This document shows, in pieces, positions 38,714 to 48,021 of a stretch of 64,000 bases of DNA (its first letter is position 1; each line of letters opens with the position of its first letter). The notes beneath the pieces were generated by a model. It did not search any database. It worked only from the letters and a program-made list of their open reading frames with translations, and had not been told where the DNA came from. The stretch is from an uncultured Gammaproteobacteria bacterium (GTDB lineage Bacteria > Pseudomonadota > Gammaproteobacteria > Steroidobacterales > Steroidobacteraceae): assembly GCA_963756845.1 (NCBI GenBank), contig CAVWPD010000008.1, forward strand, positions 358,234 through 422,233, read 5' to 3'. The position numbers and the translations under genes were made by a program.

Positions 38714-39358
38714 TCAGCGTGTGATTGTAGAAGGGAAGGGCGGCCGATGGCGCATTGCTTCCACCACGGCATGCACGGATCGCGACAGTGCATGGGCCAT
38801 TTCTGAGGTTGAACAGCGTGCTTCGCCCGTCAGCCACGCGGTAATCAGGCCGAGTGTTGTTTCCGTCAGTTGCCACGCCAGTAATCGGCGGGGCAGCCGG
38901 AATTTTTCAAGTGACGCCGTTTCGTATTGCTTGAGCTGCCTTTCTATCTGAACGACTAAAACGGTCGCCGTGCGCTGTCGGACGGCGCCCTGCAACACGC
39001 CGCGCGCAAAGGCGCGATTGCTCCAGAAATGCTCGAGCAAGGGAATGAGAGCGGATGGCGAGGCGGAGAAAATACCATCCGCCAATATTTTAAAGGGGTG
39101 CGCGATACTGAGGGTCAAAAGATCCTGCTTGCCGCTAAAGTGTTCGTAAAACGACGAGCGCGACACGTCGGCGCGATCGATAATCTCTCCGATCCTGATC
39201 TCATCGTAATGCTTCGTTGCAATGAGTGAGGCAAATGCGCGCAACACGGCGGTCTTCGCGGGCGGTGCGCTCGATCGGACATTAGCGCTCTTTTGTCCGG
39301 GCGGGAGGCGAGATTTTTCGTTAGCTTGAGCTGATCGTCGCATAGGGAAACCGATCAT
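38714..39358 (-). CDS. TetR/AcrR family transcriptional regulator
   Basis: HTH region IRIGEIIDRADVSRSSFYEHFSGKQDL. The start may be the internal ATG at 39343. Confidence 0.85.
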   Translation of the reverse strand: MIGFPMRRSAQANEKSRLPPGQKSANVRSSAPPAKTAVLRAFASLIATKHYDEIRIGEIIDRADVSRSSFYEHFSGKQDLLTLSIAHPFKILADGIFSASPSALIPLLEHFWSNRAFARGVLQGAVRQRTATVLVVQIERQLKQYETASLEKFRLPRRLLAWQLTETTLGLITAWLTGEARCSTSEMAHALSRSVHAVVEAMRHRPPFPSTITR

Positions 39359-40058
39359 GGCACAGGCAGCGGTGGCGGAGATAATGAAGCCGGAGAAGAG
39401 GATTCGAGCAATGGCTCTCCTCTTGATGTTGGCGACAACCGTGGAGTTTGTCGCGATTGTGCACCATCCGCACGTGCAATCTCGAGATCAACTGCAGGCC
39501 ACCTTGCAAATCATCGCTCTGGGTCCCCTGGCGGGTTGGATACATGGAATCGCCATGGGGTGTTTTTTGCTCATCGCCTATTGTTTGGGAGAATTGATAC
39601 GGCTTCGGATTCCTGCCGCCCTCATGCGGGCCGCAAGCCTGGTGTACGCAGCGGGGATGGTTTGTTGGCTCGCAGCAGCTACCATCGATGGGTGGGTGAT
39701 CGAACGCCTGGCGGGTAGTTTCGCGCATGACACGGCGGCGGATCTTGAAAACAGTGCTGTAGTATTTAAGGTGTGCATGGCGTGGGTGGTGGCCAGCACC
39801 AACGTGGGATTTGTGCTCACCTCAGTCGGCATACTGATCGGATGCGTGGGCCTTATGCGTAACAGCCTCGCCTGGCGGATGGTGGGTGGCCTGGGCCTGC
39901 TGGTCGCAGCCTCACTGTCACTGAGTATCGCGGCGGGGCATCTCTCCATGGATCGTCATGGCGCGATTGTGGCGGTGGGACTTCAAGGGCTGTGGTTGGT
40001 CTTGCTGGGAGTCGTTGCGCTGAAAGCGGGCACCCTCAATGTCCTGCGAAGTGATTAA
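39357..40058 (+). CDS. hypothetical integral membrane protein, divergent from tetR
   Basis: About six hydrophobic segments. The true start is probably an internal ATG (39384 or 39411), because 39357 would overlap the tetR start. Confidence 0.5.
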   Translation: MAQAAVAEIMKPEKRIRAMALLLMLATTVEFVAIVHHPHVQSRDQLQATLQIIALGPLAGWIHGIAMGCFLLIAYCLGELIRLRIPAALMRAASLVYAAGMVCWLAAATIDGWVIERLAGSFAHDTAADLENSAVVFKVCMAWVVASTNVGFVLTSVGILIGCVGLMRNSLAWRMVGGLGLLVAASLSLSIAAGHLSMDRHGAIVAVGLQGLWLVLLGVVALKAGTLNVLRSD

Positions 40059-40077
40059 CCATGTCGGGAATCGCTGG

Positions 40078-40818
40078 CTAGATCCAGGCCTGTTCTTGGA
40101 ATCGCGCCTTGAGCGCGTCGCTGATTTGTTTGGCGATCTGCTGCACGCGGCCTTCGATCGTGTTGCTGCCGCTTGCCTCCCCATACGCCTTCATCCCGGT
40201 GGTAAGAATGAGCCCGGCCGGGTTGTGGGTGATCAACGTCGAAAGAAGCCCGACGCTCATACCGGGCGTTTTATTACCTGTTGAGCTCACATCGCCGGAC
40301 CCGAGCTTGCGCATGCCGGTTGCGGTCATTTGAAATCCTTCCACCGCCACTTGCAATTCGGACTCTCCGGCGGTAAATCCGATCGTGACCCGTTCGGCAG
40401 CGTTCCCCTGTTGGACGGACAGTAAGGAGCCCTCGATGATCAGATCATTCAGCTGCGGCCTCGCGGCCGCCGAGCCGACGGCGGCGGGCAACCCCATGCC
40501 GATGATCTGCTGCACGACCTGCACCGCGATCTGGTAGCCCAATTGTTGCCCCTCGGCAATTTGTTGGGGGGTGAGCGGCGCGGCGTCTTGAGGATTGCTT
40601 CCGGCCAACGCCGACTCCGGAGGGACGTCGGCCGGCGTGGCGGCCAAGGGGTAGACCCAAATTTGCGGGGGTCGGGGCAGATACCCACTGCCGTATTGCT
40701 GTTGGTTGCTGACGGTGGTGGATGCGCACCCGGCCGTGATCGCAATAGCAAACAAGCATGCGCACAGTTTGTTCAGGGAGAACCGGGCTTGCATCGATTT
40801 CATGAGCTTTTTCTCCAA
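40078..40818 (-). CDS. DUF4410-like lipoprotein
   Basis: Lipobox AITAGC after a signal peptide. The overall pattern (PPxIWVYP, IEGSLLSV..G) resembles DUF4410 lipoproteins. Confidence 0.55.
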   Translation of the reverse strand: MEKKLMKSMQARFSLNKLCACLFAIAITAGCASTTVSNQQQYGSGYLPRPPQIWVYPLAATPADVPPESALAGSNPQDAAPLTPQQIAEGQQLGYQIAVQVVQQIIGMGLPAAVGSAAARPQLNDLIIEGSLLSVQQGNAAERVTIGFTAGESELQVAVEGFQMTATGMRKLGSGDVSSTGNKTPGMSVGLLSTLITHNPAGLILTTGMKAYGEASGSNTIEGRVQQIAKQISDALKARFQEQAWI

Positions 40819-40968
40819 CGATTCTGGATAAGCGAGGTCATCTGTTTACATCAGCTGCAAGTGGGATTCTATGAGCCTTAAGGTCACTGTTGTGGCTTCG
40901 AGCGCGCATGCGCGGCTTCACGGTAAGCTAGAGTCATGAGGGAGCGCACGAGGCGAAAAGATGAGCCT

Positions 40969-41718
40969 ATGAAACGGCAGCTAAGACGGGCCTTCACAAT
41001 GATTGCGGCCGCTTTTTTTGCCTCTGCGGCGAACGCGCAGAGCAGATGTCCCGTTGAGGCCAAGCTCCTGTTGACACCACCCAGCGCGCCAACGGTGGTG
41101 GCATCCCTGGGGTTTGAGAATATGCGCGTAGGCCGCGTTTATTTCCTTGATACTGAGGCACTGGATCTAGCGACGCAGGGGGTGAATGTGCGCCTTCGCC
41201 GGGGCGCAAGTAACGATCTCACAGTGAAAGTGCGGCCACCTAGGGGCAATCGGCAAATTGACCGGGCTTCCCTTCGCGATCGATTTCCGTGCGAAATCGA
41301 TCGCACACCGGCGGGAGCTGTCACGTCATACGCCATTCGACGTTCATTTAGCGGAGCTGTACCGGAAAGCGGTGTCGCCATTGAGAGCCTTCTCGATGCT
41401 GCGCAGAAAGCGCTGCTGCAGGAGGCGGGCGTGTCGATCAATTGGTCTTCGGTGAAGAGAATTGCGAGCATCCGTTCAACTACATGGGTTACCCCGTCCA
41501 AATCAGCCTTGGGCCCCCTCGCGCTCGAGATGTGGGAATGGCCGACAGGCAAGATTCTCGAGATTTCTTCCAAGTCCCGGCCGGGGACTGAAGACGCGGC
41601 CTTTGCGCGCCTGCAACAGGTCGTCAATATGAACGGGCTGTCCTTGAGCGATGTACAAGACAACAAAACAGGTGTCGTACTGGGTACGTTGGCGGATCCT
41701 GGGACGAAGGTCCAATAG
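40969..41718 (+). CDS. exported CYTH-like (triphosphate-tunnel-like) domain protein
   Basis: Signal peptide MKRQLRRAFTMIAAAFFASAANA. The mature part shows VEAKLLL...VYFLDTEALDLATQGVNVRLRRG..DLTVKVRP...CEID...LALEMWEWPTGKILEISSKS, which parallels the CYTH pattern ExExK...YFDT..L.....LR.R....LT.K.....E.E...lDe...G..lEiE. Confidence 0.45.
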   Translation: MKRQLRRAFTMIAAAFFASAANAQSRCPVEAKLLLTPPSAPTVVASLGFENMRVGRVYFLDTEALDLATQGVNVRLRRGASNDLTVKVRPPRGNRQIDRASLRDRFPCEIDRTPAGAVTSYAIRRSFSGAVPESGVAIESLLDAAQKALLQEAGVSINWSSVKRIASIRSTTWVTPSKSALGPLALEMWEWPTGKILEISSKSRPGTEDAAFARLQQVVNMNGLSLSDVQDNKTGVVLGTLADPGTKVQ

Positions 41719-41808
41719 CCCGGGCAAGCGGGTGGAACCAAGTTAGCACGCACCCCTTGAGGGGCGGCCCCGCCAGGGGAACCGCCTCCTCGCTAACGAG
41801 AGGCTTAT

Positions 41809-42441
41809 ATGAACAACCGGAGATATCCCACCATGAAAGTCGGCGCATCCACGATGGCATTTGCAATCTCAGCGATTCTGATCAGTTCCGCGCCGCTCAC
41901 CGCGCGCGCGCAGACAGCCACCGCGGACGTGGCAACGGCCCCCGGTAAAATCGGGGTAAGCGAAACGGTGAAGATGGCGGCCACCGTGGTATCCATCGAC
42001 CTCGGGAGCCGTGATCTGTTGCTGATCGATTCGCAGGGCAAGATGCACAAGGTCAACGTGGGCGATCAAGTGAGGAACCTCGATCAGGTGAAGGTCGGAG
42101 ACAAGGTAAACGCGGAATACACCGAAGCGATTTCCCTGCAACTGAAGAAGCGTGGCAGCGGCGCCGCTCCACCCGCGAGTGCGGAACAGGCAGTAATCCG
42201 CTCGCCCAAGGGCGCGAAGCCGGGCGGGGCGGTCGGTCGTAAGGTCACCGCCTTCGCAACGGTGGTAGCCGTCAACCTCACTAAACAATTTGTCACTCTG
42301 CGCGGCCCTCTCGGCAACGAGTACGATCTACAAGTGCCCGACATTGCACAACTTAAGACCGTCAACAAGGGCGATGAGGTCGAGGTCGTCTACACCGAGG
42401 CACTCGCCATTTCAGTGCAGTCGGCGCCGGGCCCGAAATAG
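41809..42441 (+). CDS. exported protein with an internally duplicated ~60-aa domain
   Basis: Signal peptide ...ISSAPLTARA. The two halves align (ATVVSIDLGSRDLLLIDSQGKMHKVNVGDQVRNLDQVKVGDKVNAEYTEA versus ATVVAVNLTKQFVTLRGPLGNEYDLQVPDIAQLKTVNKGDEVEVVYTEA). The start could be the ATG at 41833. Confidence 0.6.
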   Translation: MNNRRYPTMKVGASTMAFAISAILISSAPLTARAQTATADVATAPGKIGVSETVKMAATVVSIDLGSRDLLLIDSQGKMHKVNVGDQVRNLDQVKVGDKVNAEYTEAISLQLKKRGSGAAPPASAEQAVIRSPKGAKPGGAVGRKVTAFATVVAVNLTKQFVTLRGPLGNEYDLQVPDIAQLKTVNKGDEVEVVYTEALAISVQSAPGPK

Positions 42442-42627
42442 TAAAGCCTCAGTCTCGGTACCATCAACTTCGGCGCGGTCGGCGTCGAGCCGCAGAGTGC
42501 GGCTGCTTGCGCATGGGCGTGTTTCGACAATGCGACGACGCTGCGGTGAGATCGTCCCGTGGCTTTCTTGCTGAGGCCGCCTATTTTATGATTCCGGCAA
42601 CAGTCACAGATTTTCCAATAACCACCT

Positions 42628-42978
42628 ATGAGCACCATTGTCCTTCTCAGCTTGTCAAACGTCTTTATGACTTTCGCATGGTATGGACACCTGAAGTACG
42701 GCCATGACTGGCCGCTCTGGAAGGCAATTCTGATTTCGTGGGGTATTGCGTTGCTCGAATATTGTTTGGCCGTGCCCGCCAATCGCCTCGGGTTTGTCCA
42801 GTTCTCGGGATTTCAGCTCAAGATCCTGCAGGAGGTGATCACGATCTCTGTCTTTGTCCTGTTCGCGATTTTCTTTCTCAAGGAGAAGCTTGCCTGGAAT
42901 TATCTCGTGGCATTCGTCTTCCTGGGTGTCGCTGCATTCTTTGCATTTGCGTTCAAGACACCCGGCCCCATTACCTGA
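42628..42978 (+). CDS. DMT-superfamily small membrane protein (DUF486-like)
   Basis: 116 aa. NVFMTFAWYGHLKY...ALLEYCLAVPANRLG... is typical of DUF486. Confidence 0.7.
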   Translation: MSTIVLLSLSNVFMTFAWYGHLKYGHDWPLWKAILISWGIALLEYCLAVPANRLGFVQFSGFQLKILQEVITISVFVLFAIFFLKEKLAWNYLVAFVFLGVAAFFAFAFKTPGPIT

Positions 42979-43016
42979 ACTGCTCGCGCGACAGGCGCGC
43001 GGCGTTCTCTCGGCCC

Positions 43017-43433
43017 TCAAGCACTTCGCTTCCTTCTCTCGGCGACGGCACGGACAATCAATTGTTCCAATGCGTTTTGGTCGATGTCCGACAGTTTCTT
43101 TATATACAAGCAGCCCTTTCCAGTGGTGTGCGGCCCCAACTTCGACAGCAACGACCCGGCCTTTTCCGCCGCCGTGATGCCGTAAAGGACGAACGCGGCT
43201 TTGCGCGGTGAGAAACCCACCAACACCGTATCGCCCTCCCGTCCGCTCTCATATTGATAGTGATAGGTACCGAAACCGATGATCGATGGCCCCCACATTT
43301 TGGCCTTCTCACCGGTGGCCTTCGACATCAACTTGATCAGCGCCTTCGCGTCCGTTCGTCGGGCCTGCTGCGTAATCGCATCGACGAATGCCGCCGCGCT
43401 TGTACCGGTTGGTTTCGTCTTATTGACCGCCAT
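43017..43433 (-). CDS. DUF1801 (YdhG-like) domain protein
   Basis: 138 aa. ...FVDAI...KMWGPSIIGFGTYHYQYESGREGD...GFSPRKAAFVLY... matches the DUF1801 pattern. Confidence 0.7.
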   Translation of the reverse strand: MAVNKTKPTGTSAAAFVDAITQQARRTDAKALIKLMSKATGEKAKMWGPSIIGFGTYHYQYESGREGDTVLVGFSPRKAAFVLYGITAAEKAGSLLSKLGPHTTGKGCLYIKKLSDIDQNALEQLIVRAVAERRKRSA

Positions 43434-43492
43434 CGCTAGTCACTCCGCGCGCACTTCCAGCAGTATCCCGCGCTCCGCCGCGCCTGCCAAAT

Positions 43493-44377
43493 TTAAAAAT
43501 TCGCGCGCTCTAGATCCGCGATCAGCGCAGGTCCCGTCGGGTGCCATGCCAGCCGCTGCTGCGTTAGCGCGCCGGACGCCGGCATGTCCAAGCCGACGAA
43601 CGCGGCGAGCCACCCGAAATGGCTCGCCGCGTCCTCTGCAGGGACACTGACGAGCGGCATCTTCAGGCCGCGGCCGATGACTTCAGCGATGTGCCGAAGC
43701 GGCACTCCCTCTTCAGCAACCGCATGATACCTGCTGCCTGCTTCGTGCCTGTCCAGGGCGAGCTTGTAAACTCGCGCGGCGTCGCGGATATGCACCGCCG
43801 GCCATCGGTTGAGCCCCTCCCCCAAGTACGCCACGACTCCCTTGTCGCGCGCCAACTGGATGAATGGGGTGATGAGCCCCTGCTTGATGGGGTCGTGGAC
43901 CTGAGGAAGGCGCACCACCGACACGTTCACACCGCGCTGCGCCACTGCGGCAGCGGCGACTTCCGATGCTTTGCGCGGGTTCGGGTGGTTGGGATTAAAA
44001 ACATCTTCAGTGGCGGGTTTGCCGGGCGCCGCCGTTCCCATTCCGGTCCCGGAGGTGATGATCAGCGGCCGGTCGGACCCTGCCAACACGGCCCCCATCG
44101 CCTCGATGACCAGTCGATCTTGCTCGCAATTCGCTACGAACTTCGAGAAGTCGTGGTTGAAGCCGCAATGGATAATCGCGTCCGACATCGCCGCTGCGCG
44201 GCGCAAACTGTCCAGGTCTTCTAGATTTCCTCGGTGCACCTCGGCGCCGGCAGCGGCAAGTAACTTGGCGCCCGCATCCGATCGCGTCAGTCCGAGCACC
44301 TGATGGCCCGACTGGATGAGTTCGGGAATGATGGCCGAACCGATGAAGCCGGTAGCGCCGGTGAGAAAAACACGCAC
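43493..44377 (-). CDS. SDR-family NAD(P)-dependent oxidoreductase/epimerase-like protein
   Basis: MRVFLTGATGFIGSAIIPEL (Rossmann GxxGxxG). 294 aa. The start codon abuts the mrdA stop. Confidence 0.8.
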   Translation of the reverse strand: MRVFLTGATGFIGSAIIPELIQSGHQVLGLTRSDAGAKLLAAAGAEVHRGNLEDLDSLRRAAAMSDAIIHCGFNHDFSKFVANCEQDRLVIEAMGAVLAGSDRPLIITSGTGMGTAAPGKPATEDVFNPNHPNPRKASEVAAAAVAQRGVNVSVVRLPQVHDPIKQGLITPFIQLARDKGVVAYLGEGLNRWPAVHIRDAARVYKLALDRHEAGSRYHAVAEEGVPLRHIAEVIGRGLKMPLVSVPAEDAASHFGWLAAFVGLDMPASGALTQQRLAWHPTGPALIADLERANF

Positions 44378-46294
44378 TTAGGGCGCCTTCGGCTTCTCGC
44401 CGGATGGCTCGTCGGGGAGCAAGTAAGCGTCGATGACTTTGCGTGCAATTGGCGCTGCCGCGGTCGCGCCGAATCCCGCGTTCTCCACCAAAACGGACAC
44501 GGCAATCTTAGGATCATCGACGGGTGCGAAAGCAATGAACCAGGCGTGTTCACGTTTGCGTTCGTCGGCTTCCTTGTGCTTAGTGCTCTCTGTTTGTTTG
44601 ACGGTGACCACTTGCGCCGTGCCGGTCTTGCCGGCCCATTTGTACTTGGCGCCGGCGCCGGCCACGTGCGCGGTGCCGCTCGGCCCGACCGCCCCTTCCA
44701 TCCCGTCGAAGACCACGCTCCATTGCTCATCGGTGGCCATATTCACCGGTTTCATCAACATGGGACTGCGCGGGATCACGTCAAGGGATCCGGGTGCGCG
44801 GGTGGCCGCCACCAATCGCGGCGCTGCGATGACCGCACCGCGCTCGGCAATTTCAGCAGCAAAGTGCGCCTGCTGCAGCGGTGTGACGGTAATGGGGCCC
44901 TGACCGATGCCCATGCTGACGGTCTCGCCGGGGAACCAAACCTGATCGGCCTTGCGTTTGAACACCCGCCTCTTCCATTCGGGGGAGGCATACAGACCGG
45001 GTTTTTCGCCGGGAATATCTACGCCGGTCAGCTCGCCGTAGCCAAAGGCGCTCATGAACTCATGCATGTGATCAATGCCCATTTTCTCGGCGACCCGGTA
45101 GAAATAAACATCGCAGGAGCGGGAAATCGCGGTGCGCATGTCTACGTCATGATGCACCTCATCGTCCCGATACTTGTTGCTGCTGCCGGGCAACGTGAAG
45201 AACCCCGGACAGTACATTGTCTGCTGCGCCGAGATAACGCCGTATTTCTGGGCGGCCAAGGCGTACAGCGGCTTCACCGTCGAGCCCGGCGGATAGGCGC
45301 CGCGCAATGCGCGATTGAGCAGGGGCACATCGATGTTGTTCGCCAGCGCGCTGTACTGCGCCACCGACAGACCGCGGACAAATTCGTTTGGATCGAAGCC
45401 CGGCGTGCTGACGAGCGCAATGACGTCGCCGGTTTTTGGATCAAGAGCCACCACGGATCCTCGCTTGCCGGCTAACGCCTCTTCGGCAATCTTTTGCACC
45501 CGCACATCCATCCCGAGAATCAAGTCCACCCCTGCGACCGGAGGGCGGGTGTTGAGCCTGGGCGCGTAGCCTCCCTGCTTTTCCACCGGACGGCCGGCGG
45601 CGTTGACTTCCAATTCTCTATAGCCGGGTTTGCCGTGCAGCTGCGCCTCGTAAGCTCCCTCGACGCCGAGTTTTCCGATGAGACTCGTTCCCGCGTACTC
45701 GGCGCTGTCGATCTGCTTCATGTCTTGTTCGTTGATGGCGCTGACATAGCCGATCGCGTGGACGCCGATTTCGCGCAGCGGGTAGTGGCGCGCCAGCCGC
45801 GCGCGAATATCCACGCCGGTGAACTGATAGCGATGCACCGCGAACAACGCCATCTCCTGCTCGTTGAGCAGCAGTTTGATGGGCACGCTTTCGTAGACCT
45901 TGTGGACCAGAATGGTGCGACGGATCGCGCCGACCTCCTCGCTGTGCAGCAGACCGATGCTCACCAGCTGGGCCAGCGTGGCATCGAGCGCCTTCAAGTC
46001 CCCCACCTGTTCTCGGACCAACTCGACGTTGAAGGCCGGAAAGTTGTCGGCGAGCACCACGCCATGGCGATCCAAGATCAATCCGCGGCTGGGGGGTATG
46101 GGCTCATTGCGAATGCTGTTGCCCTGCGACAAATTGGAGTAGTAGTCGAATTTAAGCACCTGCAGATAGAACAGGCGTCCGGCGACCGCCAGCAGCAACA
46201 CCGCGGCGATGACCCCGGCGACAATGCTGCGAATCGTGAACAGCCGGCTCTCGGCGAAATAGTTCTTGATCCGCGACTGGCGGCTTCTCACCAT
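44378..46294 (-). CDS. mrdA: penicillin-binding protein 2 (elongasome transpeptidase)
   Basis: 638 aa. N-terminal anchor, PBP dimerisation region, and SxxK (GSTVKP), SxD/N (SRSCDVYFY) and KTG (GKTGTAQV) motifs. Confidence 0.9.
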   Translation of the reverse strand: MVRSRQSRIKNYFAESRLFTIRSIVAGVIAAVLLLAVAGRLFYLQVLKFDYYSNLSQGNSIRNEPIPPSRGLILDRHGVVLADNFPAFNVELVREQVGDLKALDATLAQLVSIGLLHSEEVGAIRRTILVHKVYESVPIKLLLNEQEMALFAVHRYQFTGVDIRARLARHYPLREIGVHAIGYVSAINEQDMKQIDSAEYAGTSLIGKLGVEGAYEAQLHGKPGYRELEVNAAGRPVEKQGGYAPRLNTRPPVAGVDLILGMDVRVQKIAEEALAGKRGSVVALDPKTGDVIALVSTPGFDPNEFVRGLSVAQYSALANNIDVPLLNRALRGAYPPGSTVKPLYALAAQKYGVISAQQTMYCPGFFTLPGSSNKYRDDEVHHDVDMRTAISRSCDVYFYRVAEKMGIDHMHEFMSAFGYGELTGVDIPGEKPGLYASPEWKRRVFKRKADQVWFPGETVSMGIGQGPITVTPLQQAHFAAEIAERGAVIAAPRLVAATRAPGSLDVIPRSPMLMKPVNMATDEQWSVVFDGMEGAVGPSGTAHVAGAGAKYKWAGKTGTAQVVTVKQTESTKHKEADERKREHAWFIAFAPVDDPKIAVSVLVENAGFGATAAAPIARKVIDAYLLPDEPSGEKPKAP

Positions 46295-46392
46295 GAGGGG
46301 TTCTGGGCGCGAAGAATCGTTGGCATGGGAGTATTGTAGGACATCGGCGCCTGCTTCGACCGTGACAGGGCCGTCGAAGTTCGACGCGCGTG

Positions 46393-48012
46393 CTAGGTGA
46401 CTTGGTCGGCGGTTCGCTGCGTCTGATAGCGGAGCGTCACGCTGCCGTTGGCGGGGATCTTCAAGCGGAATAGCGGCCGGCCGTTCTTGGCCTCCAAGGC
46501 ATGATCGGCGCGCACCACACGGCCGCCGGAGTGCAGGCGCAACCGCAGCTCGAATTGAATGTCGGTCGCCCGCGCGTTGCTGATCTCGACGCGATTGATC
46601 TCATTGACCTTGACCGATCGAAGTGTGATCACACCCGGCACCAGCGGCAGCAGCTCGGCCTGGGCGGTATCGACGCTGCGCACCTCCTTGGCCACCGACA
46701 CCTGAACGTCGGGGCTGTCACCCAGGTTGATCTCGAGCTCTTCGCCGACGGCGGTGTCGCGCAGGCCGGATTCGTGCTCGAGCAAATTCTGGCCCTCATG
46801 GGGCGTAAACACGGCCACCGTGCCGGAGGGCAGGGCCAGGCCCAGCTGATTCGCCGTATTGTTCATCGTTCTGATCAGGCGCTGCGCGGGGGCGACGCTT
46901 GCCGTCTCATCCGCCGAAAGGTCCGCGCTGTACACCGTGGAGATGGGCACACCAGCCCGGTCCATGAGCCGCACCTGCTTGGATTGGCGGCTTGCCACGG
47001 TGGTGCGCTCGGGCACCCGATACAGTTTCAAATCGCCCAGTTGTTCCTGCGTTACTTTTTGTGCCGTGACAACGGCTATCTCCTGAAGCGCCGCAGGGGC
47101 CGGAGCCGCGAGGGACGCCATACGCATGGAATCAGCTGCATGTTTGCCGGCCATGCGCAGCACCATGGGCAAATCGCTGGTGGAGCCGCGCGGCCAGCAC
47201 TGTGCCAGTAGGGGTCCACCGGCATCGATGGGTTCCACATCGCCGTTCTCGCGGTTCAGCTTGCCGGCCACGACCTGAGTGCGCGCGGACGGAAAACTCA
47301 CGCCATTGGCATTCGCCAGTGTCACCCACGCGCCGAGATCCAGTCTTTTGCCGTCGGCGGACAATGTCGCAGTGTAGTCGGCCGCCCAATCGAAGCCGCG
47401 CGACAGATAGGACAGCGTGACTTGTTGGGTGATGGCGCGCGGGCTGCTGACCAGCACCGACAGGGTCGGGTGGGCGGCCAAATCACCGATGGTTGCGAAA
47501 TCGAAGGTCTCCGGCAATCCCGAGCAGCGCAGGGCTTCGATCCCCTGGGCGGTTTGGAACACCACACCGCCGCCCGCATCCGACAGCAAAGTACCGGGCA
47601 CGCGTTCCGTTTTGCCGGTTTTGCGGTTGCTGCGCAGCAGTTCGACCGGCTTCCCCACGGCGGAGTCGAGTAAGGCTCTGGGACTCAGCAACTTCGCATC
47701 TCGATTCTTCTCGATCACCCCGCCCGGCAGACCGGTGATGATGGCGCTGGCCGGCTCAATGCCGTCGGCGACTCCCTCGAATCGCAGGCGGCTGACCCCG
47801 GCGGGCAGATGCACGAGGCGGGTTTCGCTGACCAACGCGAATCCCGCAGGGTCATCTACATCGATCGAGCCTGAATCCCGGTAGGGCGCACGATAAATGG
47901 TTACCGACAGATCCGAGGGCGGCTCGGCCACGGCCTGGTCGGCGCCGGCTTCCCTGAGCCCCAGCGCCGAGCCCAAACCCAGGATGAGCCAGCTCGCGCC
48001 TCGCACGCCCAT
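46393..48012 (-). CDS. DUF4139 (MuiA-like) domain protein, paralog A, exported
   Basis: 539 aa. LSVTIYRA..., TLSYLSRGFDWAADY...GAWVTLANANGVSF...VAG, LKLYRVPERTTVASRQSKQV. Homologous throughout to the upstream paralog. Confidence 0.7.
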   Translation of the reverse strand: MGVRGASWLILGLGSALGLREAGADQAVAEPPSDLSVTIYRAPYRDSGSIDVDDPAGFALVSETRLVHLPAGVSRLRFEGVADGIEPASAIITGLPGGVIEKNRDAKLLSPRALLDSAVGKPVELLRSNRKTGKTERVPGTLLSDAGGGVVFQTAQGIEALRCSGLPETFDFATIGDLAAHPTLSVLVSSPRAITQQVTLSYLSRGFDWAADYTATLSADGKRLDLGAWVTLANANGVSFPSARTQVVAGKLNRENGDVEPIDAGGPLLAQCWPRGSTSDLPMVLRMAGKHAADSMRMASLAAPAPAALQEIAVVTAQKVTQEQLGDLKLYRVPERTTVASRQSKQVRLMDRAGVPISTVYSADLSADETASVAPAQRLIRTMNNTANQLGLALPSGTVAVFTPHEGQNLLEHESGLRDTAVGEELEINLGDSPDVQVSVAKEVRSVDTAQAELLPLVPGVITLRSVKVNEINRVEISNARATDIQFELRLRLHSGGRVVRADHALEAKNGRPLFRLKIPANGSVTLRYQTQRTADQVT

Positions 48013-48021
48013 CGCCGCGGC

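Noticed and set aside
42979-43016. Short GC hairpin (cgcgc-gacag-gcgcg) between convergent genes, as a possible bidirectional terminator
   Set aside because: The stem is only about 5 bp and there is no flanking T/A run.
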